From NCBI GenBank assembly GCA_963665665.1, contig OY762428.1, positions 1,664,001 to 1,728,000 of the forward strand: a DNA stretch of 64,000 nucleotides, given 5' to 3'. Positions 56,922-64,000 of this stretch are shown piece by piece; positions within the stretch are counted from its first letter, which is position 1, and each line of letters opens with the position of its first letter. The DNA is from Candidatus Kapaibacterium sp. Its GTDB lineage: Bacteria; Bacteroidota; Ignavibacteria; Kapaibacteriales; UBA2268. Made by a program: the position numbers and the translations under genes. The notes below the pieces were generated by a model. That model was not told the origin of the DNA. It saw only the letters and a list, made by a program, of their open reading frames with translations, and ran no database searches.

Positions 56922-57497
56922 TTACAGTTTTTTTGCTACATTGTCCCAGTTAGCAAGTTCCCAGAAATGCTCAATGAATTTCGGGCGTGCGTTGCGGTAA
57001 TCAATATAATAAGCATGCTCCCAAACATCAATTGTCAGCAAAGGAGTATCTGTTGATGTCAGCGGTGTACCGGCATTGCTTGTCTGAACTATATCAAGTT
57101 TCCCGTCTTCTTTTTTAACCAGCCATGCCCAGCCTGAACCGAACAGTGTAACGGCAGCTTTCGAGAATTTATCCTTGAACTCATCAAAGGATCCGAAATT
57201 ATTGGTAATAGCTTCCAGCACTTTTCCGTCAGGGGTTCCGCCTGAATTCGGAGAAAGGCTGTTCCAGAAGAATGTATGGTTCCATATCTGGGCAGCATTG
57301 TTAAATATACCGCCTTCTGATTTCCTGATAATATCTTCAAGTGCCATACCCTCGAATTCTGTTCCGGCAATAAGGTTATTCAGGTTATTTACATAAGCCT
57401 GATGGTGTTTGCCATGATGATAGTCAAGAGTTTCTTCAGAAATGTGCGGAGCTAAGGCGTTTTTGTCGAATGGTAATTCTGGTAATTGGAAAGACAT
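56922..57497 (-). CDS. sodB: Fe/Mn superoxide dismutase (Fe-type)
   Basis: HHGKHHQAYV, FNNAAQIWNHTFFW and DVWEHAYY motifs. Confidence 0.93.
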   Translation of the reverse strand: MSFQLPELPFDKNALAPHISEETLDYHHGKHHQAYVNNLNNLIAGTEFEGMALEDIIRKSEGGIFNNAAQIWNHTFFWNSLSPNSGGTPDGKVLEAITNNFGSFDEFKDKFSKAAVTLFGSGWAWLVKKEDGKLDIVQTSNAGTPLTSTDTPLLTIDVWEHAYYIDYRNARPKFIEHFWELANWDNVAKKL

Positions 57498-57605
57498 AAT
57501 TTTCTCCCGTAATTAATAATTCAATAATACATTTATATAAAAGGATTGGTATTTTTAAATGGCTGCCGTTTCCGGCAGCCTTTATTCTAATTAATTGTTT
57601 TCAAA

Positions 57606-57992
57606 TTAAGCGTGACATCCGCATGTGTTGAAATTATTCGGATTGTTAAATATAAATCCGCTGCCCTGCGGGCCGTCAACAAAATCAAGTGTAACGCCAA
57701 GAAGATAGAAAAGGCTTTTTGCATCAGTTACAATTTTAAGGCCGCCAACTTCAAAGTCACGGTCATTTTCATTAACATTGTTATCAAAGCCCAAAGCGTA
57801 CTGCATGCCCGAGCAACCGCCGCTCTGAGAACCTATCCTGAGGAAGTGGCTGTCATCAAGGTTACTTTCTTCCCTGACTTTAAGAACCATTTCAAGAGCT
57901 CTTGTGGAAACATTAAAAGTATCGTTTTCTTCCGCGCCTTCTATTCCGGTATTAATTTTTTCAACTTCAAGTTCTTCGACTAATTCAGCCAT
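57606..57992 (-). CDS. HesB/IscA/ErpA A-type Fe-S carrier
   Basis: GGCSGMQY and C-terminal NPN...TCGC. Confidence 0.92.
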   Translation of the reverse strand: MAELVEELEVEKINTGIEGAEENDTFNVSTRALEMVLKVREESNLDDSHFLRIGSQSGGCSGMQYALGFDNNVNENDRDFEVGGLKIVTDAKSLFYLLGVTLDFVDGPQGSGFIFNNPNNFNTCGCHA

Positions 57993-58110
57993 TTAATCTC
58001 CTGTTTCAAAAATGTGTAAAAAACTTTTAAACTAAGACTTATTTAATCCGAAAAAATTGTTTCGGTATCCTAAAAAAATAAATGTATTATGATTAATAAT
58101 TCCGGGATTA

Positions 58111-58338
58111 TTAATTTTTCCTGTCATTCTCAAGAATTTTTCTATACTTTTCTTTCATCCTGGCAGTTAATACAAAAGCAAGCACCAGGCCTATCAGTGT
58201 AAGTGCCGCAGCTACAAGCAATAAAATTTCATCAGTCATTGCATAGGCAGTAACAAACAATATTGTGGAAAGCAGGTTTGCAATAATCATTATCGTCCTG
58301 CTTTTATCGATATTTTTCAGCGCCTGATCTTTGCTCAT
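58111..58338 (-). CDS. Small hypothetical membrane protein (2 TM)
   Basis: 75-aa ORF with two hydrophobic helices. Confidence 0.55.
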   Translation of the reverse strand: MSKDQALKNIDKSRTIMIIANLLSTILFVTAYAMTDEILLLVAAALTLIGLVLAFVLTARMKEKYRKILENDRKN

Positions 58339-58577
58339 GTTTGCTCGTTTTTCTCAAATGTTTGCAAATCAAAAATATAAAGATAATATAATTAGAAATA
58401 TCGGACAAAAAAATCATCAGCTAACTACACAACATTGTTGAATCCATACAATAAAATTTCATCTGCCACTATATATTATTTATAATTTTCCTTATCTTGG
58501 CAGATTATTGAAAATCAGATGATTTTCATTTTATAATGTAACTCAAACTTATTTTTAACAAATATAACGGAATTATC

Positions 58578-59768
58578 ATGGATCTGAATGCTATTCAAAA
58601 AGCTTTGAAAGATGAAAACCTTGACGGTTGGTTGTTTTACGATTTTCACGACCGAGACCACATTGCCCACAGGGTGTTAAATATGGATACAAAAAGATTT
58701 GCTTCCCGCCGCTGGTTCTATTTTATACCGGCAGAAGGCGAGCCACAGAAACTTGTTCACGCAATTGAACCCTGGCGCTGCGATCACCTTCCGGGTAAGA
58801 AAAATGTTTACCTGCCCTGGCAGCAGCAGCATGAGCTTCTGAAAACCATGATGGGAGACGCAAAAAAAGTTGCCATGCAATACTCGCCGAATAATGCCAT
58901 ACCTTACGTATCAATAGTTGACGGCGGAACAGTTGAGCTTGTAAGGAGCTTTGGCGTGGATGTTATGTCCAGCGCCAACCTGGTAAGTATTTTCGAATCA
59001 CACCTGGATGAAAAAGACCGCCAAAGCCATGAAGACGCTGCTAAAAGGATGCAATCCGTTAAAGACGAAACTTTTGCTGAAATTGCCAAAAGAATAAAAA
59101 ATGGCGAACATCCGAAAGAATTTGAAATTCAGGCCTTCATGCACAAACGTATGGAACATTATGATATGAACTGGGAAGATGATGGCCCGATTGTAGCAAT
59201 TAATGAGCATGCAGGCGACCCCCACTTCGAACCCACACCTGAAAACAGCCACGAAATGAAGGAAGGCGACCTTGTTCTTCTTGATCTCTGGGCAAAACGC
59301 AATCTGGAAGGTTCAATATATTATGATATTACCTGGATGGGATATATCGGAACAGAAGTGCCTGAAAATATCGAAAAATTATTCCGCATAGCTGCCGATG
59401 CGAGAAATGCCGGCGTTGCACTTGTAAGGGAACGTTTTTCATCCAATACCGACGTCCATGGCTGGGAAGTGGACGATGCAGTACGTAATGTTATCGATAA
59501 TGCCGGATACGGAAAATACTTTATTCACAGGACCGGCCATAATATTGCCGAACAGGTACACGGCAACGGCACTCATATTGACAATCTTGAAACAAAAGAC
59601 GAACGTCGTATAATCAAAGGATCATGTTTCTCGATCGAACCGGGAATATATATGCCTGAGGATAATCTTGGTTTCCGCACCGAACTTGATGTATTCGTTA
59701 CTGACGAAGGCGAAGTACAGGTTTACGGTGCAATTCAGGAAAAGGTTGTGCCTATTCTCAGCTTGTGA
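58578..59768 (+). CDS. M24 family (Xaa-Pro aminopeptidase-like) metallopeptidase
   Basis: GDPHF, LLDLW, YDIT, HRTGH, SIEPGIY and RTE metal-binding motifs. Confidence 0.9.
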   Translation: MDLNAIQKALKDENLDGWLFYDFHDRDHIAHRVLNMDTKRFASRRWFYFIPAEGEPQKLVHAIEPWRCDHLPGKKNVYLPWQQQHELLKTMMGDAKKVAMQYSPNNAIPYVSIVDGGTVELVRSFGVDVMSSANLVSIFESHLDEKDRQSHEDAAKRMQSVKDETFAEIAKRIKNGEHPKEFEIQAFMHKRMEHYDMNWEDDGPIVAINEHAGDPHFEPTPENSHEMKEGDLVLLDLWAKRNLEGSIYYDITWMGYIGTEVPENIEKLFRIAADARNAGVALVRERFSSNTDVHGWEVDDAVRNVIDNAGYGKYFIHRTGHNIAEQVHGNGTHIDNLETKDERRIIKGSCFSIEPGIYMPEDNLGFRTELDVFVTDEGEVQVYGAIQEKVVPILSL

Positions 59769-59792
59769 TTTTTTTTAATATAATTTTTTTTA

Positions 59793-59827
59793 TCCTCTTT
59801 GCTATTTCAGGCAAAGGGGATTTTTTT
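59793..59827 (+). terminator. Intrinsic terminator
   Basis: TCCTCTTTGC...GCAAAGGGGA followed by a T-tract. Confidence 0.7.
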
Positions 59828-60274
59828 ATCTGCTTCTTGCAACTTTGGCTAATCTATTAATAATTATTTATTGTGTTTACACGATGTAAATTACTGATGG
59901 ATAATGTAGGATTGAATATTTTAATATTTAATTAACAAATATTAATTAAAAAGTATGAGACCTTTTTGTAATACAAGTGTTATATTATATTAACAGGTAA
60001 AGGTATTTGTAATAACAAAATGAAATATTTATTGAAAAAATAGTTTTTCATAGTTAAATTGATTTCTTATATTTATACACTTGGATTGAAATTGTGTTAG
60101 GTAATGTATATTATAATTACAATAAAAAATAAAAATATGAGCTGTTTAAAATTCATAATATAACCTCGGGAATATAAAATTCCCATTAATGCGGTTATAA
60201 TTCGCGAGAGGGAACAAAATAGAATTATACCGAATTTAATTTTTTAATTTTTTTACTAATTCAGGAGATCAGTT

Positions 60275-62689
60275 ATGATCAGAAACATTACGAAATGTTT
60301 CATGGTAATCGCGCTTGTAGCTTTCTTGGCAGGCAGCGCTTACGCCCAGACAAAAAGGGTTCTTTTGGAACAATATACAGGCGCATGGTGCGGCTGGTGC
60401 GTTGACGGTACAGTTGTTATGGATAAACTTATTGAAGCAAATCCCGAAACACTGATTGGTGTTAAACTCCACAATGGCGATGCCATGGAAATTGCTGTTG
60501 GCAATGCTGTTATGAGTGGCCTTGGTGTTGGTGGCTTCCCGTCAGGTTCTGTTGACAGGGCTGCATTTAATGTTGGCGACGAAGTTCAGATAGCAATAGG
60601 CAGAGGTTCCTGGGAACAGGCAGTTAACTATATGCTTCAGCAGGCACCAAAAGCAGAAGTTGTAACATCTTATGATTACAATGAATCTACAAGATCCTTA
60701 ACAGTAAAAGTTGACGTTGAATTTCTTGCGAATGTTGACGCTGAAACAAGGCTGAACGTTTATCTTTGCGAAGACGACGTAACAGGTACAGGTTCCGGTT
60801 ATGACCAGAAAAATTATCTCTCAAACCGCGCCGGTTTTGAAGATAATCCTTACTACAACGAACCAAGCACAATCACAGGCTACCACCACATGAAAGTTGT
60901 TCGCGACATTCTTGGCGGCGCTTTTGGTGCTGAAGGTTCCGTTTCTGGCAATGCAACTGCAGGCAGCAAATACTCATATACTTTCCAGACTACTGTTGAT
61001 GCAAACTGGAACTGGGATAATATGTTCATCGTTGGTACAGTTGCAGAATATTCACAGAGTTCACGTCTTATTCTTAACTCTTCTTATGCTGTTAAAAACA
61101 CACCGACACTTGAATATTCATCAACAGGTGAATCATTATTTGTTAAGAATAGCGGTGAGAAAGCTGAAAACACAATTACTATCAAAAACGTAAGTAACAA
61201 ATCCTATAATATCACTGCCGAAACTGCAAAAGTTGACGGAACTCCCGCTGGCTGGACTGTAGAACTAATGGGAGATGCTCAATTTTCATTAGCTGCCGGC
61301 GAATCAAAAGATATTACTTATTCTTTAACTCCAACAGATGAATATGGCCTTGGAGCAGCATCAATAGAATTCAATGTAACAAATGATGCTGAAGCAATGG
61401 GTGGTTCCTTCCAGTTTGCAATTCTTTCAAATGAATTCGAAAAATTTGAAGTTGTTGCAGGTTCAACTGCCGAAGCATTCTATCCTGTTCTCCAGTCTCA
61501 GGGACACACAGAATATTATCCTGTTACAAATGCAATCATGTCCATGGCCTTGGATAAACTTACAAACGTGAAATATATCCTTTGGAACTGTGGTGAAGGC
61601 GGCGAAGTTTCAGCTGTTGAAGGCGGGCTTCTCAGAACTGCAATGGCAAATGGCGTTAATGTAATGATATCAGGCCAGTTGGCTCCTTATTTCATCAGTG
61701 CAAATTATCCGGCTCTGTTCAGCTATACAGGCGGCGAATTTGAAGCTGTATGCTTCCAGGGTTACAACAACTCACCAATTGCTTACGTTGGAATTGACGG
61801 CGATCCTATCTCTGACGGTTTCGATCAGGACATTGCACTGAAAGATTATCTTTCAATGGCTATCAGGCCTACAAGCCAGTTCTCTTATACAGTACTGAAA
61901 CACAGAACTGTTGATACAGTTTGTGCTTACCGTACAGAAATTCCGGATGGTGCAAGGATTATCATGATGGGTATCAACCTTGAAACAATTGCAAATGTCG
62001 CTGTCAGGAACGACCTTCTTGACAAAGCTGTTCAGTGGCTTGAAGGCGAGCAGGTTGCAGTTGGGCCGAAAATGGCTCTCAGCGTTGAAGAAATCAACCT
62101 TGGCGAAATTTATTTGAATGAAACAGAAGAAAGTTCATTCGAAATTTCCAACCCTGGTGATGAAACTCTGAATGTTTCAGCTGTTTCCTTTACACAGGAC
62201 TATGGTGCATATGAATTTATTGATCTTCCGACTTTCCCGCTCACAATCGAAGCAGGCGGATCATATACAATTGATTTCTCATTCACACCTGATACTGAAC
62301 AAGAATATAATACAACTATAGAAGTTGAAAATACTAATGCAGCCGAAACAATGAAATCAATCGACGTTATGGCTAATGGTATTGTTAACTCTGTTGATGA
62401 TAACGGCGTTTACGGAAACAAATCAATCTTCACAATGCAGGTTGGCCCGAATCCGTTTGCAGACCATTCAACTGTTACATACAGCCTTAACGGTGTATCT
62501 TCACAGTTCGTTAGCATGAATCTTGTTGATGCAGCTGGTAATATTGTTCTTAATATAGTAAACTCAACTGTAACACCCGGCCAGCACACAGCTCAGATTA
62601 CATCTGACAATCTTGCTTCCGGAACATACTTTGTTGTAGTAAACGTTAACGGATACTCAGAACAGATGCCTGTTGTTATCGTAAAATAA
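60275..62689 (+). CDS. Omp28-related thioredoxin-fold protein with Ig-like domains and T9SS CTD
   Basis: VLLEQYTGAWCGWC, GFPSGSVDR and YHHMKVVR motifs; ASH/choice-of-anchor-D-like domain and C-terminal GPNPF...SGTYFV. Confidence 0.85.
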   Translation: MIRNITKCFMVIALVAFLAGSAYAQTKRVLLEQYTGAWCGWCVDGTVVMDKLIEANPETLIGVKLHNGDAMEIAVGNAVMSGLGVGGFPSGSVDRAAFNVGDEVQIAIGRGSWEQAVNYMLQQAPKAEVVTSYDYNESTRSLTVKVDVEFLANVDAETRLNVYLCEDDVTGTGSGYDQKNYLSNRAGFEDNPYYNEPSTITGYHHMKVVRDILGGAFGAEGSVSGNATAGSKYSYTFQTTVDANWNWDNMFIVGTVAEYSQSSRLILNSSYAVKNTPTLEYSSTGESLFVKNSGEKAENTITIKNVSNKSYNITAETAKVDGTPAGWTVELMGDAQFSLAAGESKDITYSLTPTDEYGLGAASIEFNVTNDAEAMGGSFQFAILSNEFEKFEVVAGSTAEAFYPVLQSQGHTEYYPVTNAIMSMALDKLTNVKYILWNCGEGGEVSAVEGGLLRTAMANGVNVMISGQLAPYFISANYPALFSYTGGEFEAVCFQGYNNSPIAYVGIDGDPISDGFDQDIALKDYLSMAIRPTSQFSYTVLKHRTVDTVCAYRTEIPDGARIIMMGINLETIANVAVRNDLLDKAVQWLEGEQVAVGPKMALSVEEINLGEIYLNETEESSFEISNPGDETLNVSAVSFTQDYGAYEFIDLPTFPLTIEAGGSYTIDFSFTPDTEQEYNTTIEVENTNAAETMKSIDVMANGIVNSVDDNGVYGNKSIFTMQVGPNPFADHSTVTYSLNGVSSQFVSMNLVDAAGNIVLNIVNSTVTPGQHTAQITSDNLASGTYFVVVNVNGYSEQMPVVIVK

Positions 62690-62713
62690 TTTTACGATAG
62701 AAATATTTTACTC

Positions 62714-62742
62714 AAACCCGCCAATTTTGGCGGGTTTTTTTT
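62714..62742 (+). terminator. Intrinsic terminator
   Basis: AAACCCGCCAA-tt-TTGGCGGGTTT followed by a T-tract. Confidence 0.85.
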
Positions 62743-62867
62743 GTTATTAATGTAATATGGAAATTCTGAACTCCCGATTCCACGAAAAATATTAAATCGC
62801 CTTTATTGATTATTCCAATACTGTTTCCGACCCCTCCCAACGGGATGTCTCATAAGCTGACAAATTT

Positions 62868-63095
62868 GTCACTCTGAGCGCAGCGAAGAGACCATAACCT
62901 GCATTTATACTGGATTCTTCACTTCGTTCAGCCTGCCCTCGATTTATCGGGGAATTACAAATCGCATCAATTCATAATAAAATGACAGCCTTATTTACAG
63001 TCAGCCCCTCCTTCGTATTCCGACAGCCTAAGACAGCGCGGGTTTGGGGAGGTCAAATATTATAATAATACTCCACGACTTAAAAGTCGTGGCTA
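62868..63095. repeat. Cluster of REP-like elements
   Basis: TGTCACTCTGAGCGCAGCGAAG...TTCTTCACTTCGTTCAG (same family as 36960/37410), GGTTTGGGGAGGTC and CCACGACTT-a-AAAGTCGTGG. Confidence 0.65.
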
Positions 63096-63126
63096 TTCGG
63101 ATGTTGATTCAGTAAAATACTTGCCA

Positions 63127-64000
63127 TTAATTATACTTCTTTACAAAACCATTCACGTCAAACTTTCTTTTTGCGCCATTGTAGTTCATGTACCTGACCT
63201 TGCCGAAAACGGGCCTTTCCTGCCATGCCCTGTCGTGTACGCCGCCTATGCTCCAGGCAATCCCGGCATATCCGTTGGGGTCGCGTCCGTCAAGCTGGTA
63301 GCCGTCGTTCAGGCGGATGGCATAATCCATAGCCTGCTCAGGGGATTCCGTCCATTCCAGTATCTTCTTTGCCCAGTACATACGCAGCCAGCCGTGCATC
63401 CGGCCTTCGCGCAACATCTGTTTCTGTGCGGCGTTCCACAAGCCGTCGTGCGTTCGCGCATTTTCCATTATGTCGATCTTGTACAAATATTCCCTGCTGT
63501 CGTCTCTGTGTTCGCTCAGGGTTTTCTTTGCCCAGTCATGGAAACCATTGAAATTATCATAATCCGGGTTGTAGAAACAGAAGTTATCGGCAAGTTCCTT
63601 TCGGACTATCAATTCTTCGAGAAAGGCTTTCCTGTTTTCGTCTTCGGGATAGTTCTTCATCAGCTCCAAGGCAATTCGGAGCGATGAAATCTGGCCGAAA
63701 TGCAGGTATGCCGACAGGCCGGATACCATATCTTCGTTCGGGTCGTTCCTTTTTTCAGCGTATTGCGGCAATATATTTTCCATGAAGAAATTCAGCCGCT
63801 TATGCGCGGCGTATTCCCCCGGAACAACGCTTTCAACTTCATCAGGGCCGCCCTGGTAATTGTTTATAAGGTCGAGTGGTTCCGTTTCGCCGCCTGGAAA
63901 ATCTGTTTCCATTGCAAAAGGATGTTTTTCCGGCGTTCCCGGTTCTGCCAGGAATTCGGTAAGCTGTTTATGTATCTTCGGCCTGATTGTATAAGCGGCA
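63127..64000 (-). CDS. phr: Class II CPD photolyase (5' part lies beyond the right edge)
   Basis: SGLSAYLHFGQ, LEELIVRKELADNF, MHGWLRMYWAKKILEW, DGRDPNGY and FGKVRYM; the frame continues past the window end. Confidence 0.92.
   Translation of the reverse strand, partial: AAYTIRPKIHKQLTEFLAEPGTPEKHPFAMETDFPGGETEPLDLINNYQGGPDEVESVVPGEYAAHKRLNFFMENILPQYAEKRNDPNEDMVSGLSAYLHFGQISSLRIALELMKNYPEDENRKAFLEELIVRKELADNFCFYNPDYDNFNGFHDWAKKTLSEHRDDSREYLYKIDIMENARTHDGLWNAAQKQMLREGRMHGWLRMYWAKKILEWTESPEQAMDYAIRLNDGYQLDGRDPNGYAGIAWSIGGVHDRAWQERPVFGKVRYMNYNGAKRKFDVNGFVKKYN

Noticed and set aside
1728-63687. Numerous short antisense or nested ORFs in the ORF track
   Set aside because: They overlap well-supported genes on the opposite strand or in another frame and show no family motifs.

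Overview
A low-GC bacterial chromosomal window. The lineage is inferred to be Ignavibacteria/Ca. Kapabacteria-like (FCB group), because it combines many type IX secretion (T9SS) C-terminal sorting-domain proteins, TAnnTTTG-type promoter motifs and flagellar genes. Housekeeping genes include tRNA-Gln-prs-rplY-pth, riboflavin synthase, murG, gltX, sodB, an iscA-like gene, amt and a class II photolyase. Other content is a hook-assembly flagellar cluster (fliJ, motE/flbB-like, fliK, flgD, TIGR02530-like, flgE), a class D beta-lactamase, a NucS-like nuclease plus HicAB islet, and many short REP-like palindromes. Four unexplained structures stand out. (1) At about 35.1-36.9 kb, two phase-locked 21-bp repeat arrays point outward from a ~500-bp core of ~14% GC, start with the same 46-bp head motif in inverted orientation, and are bracketed by REP clusters. 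(2) Immediately next to this are three tandem T9SS beta-propeller paralogs that are segmental mosaics of one another, with a visible 8-bp microhomology duplication junction. (3) An operon encodes a GldM/PorM-like membrane protein and two paralogous beta-barrels, followed by a VWA-OmpA gene, and has a structured RNA leader. (4) Several candidate structured RNAs occur (6S-like, flgE leader, a small RNA before murG). All calls come from reading the sequence by eye; no database searches were run.
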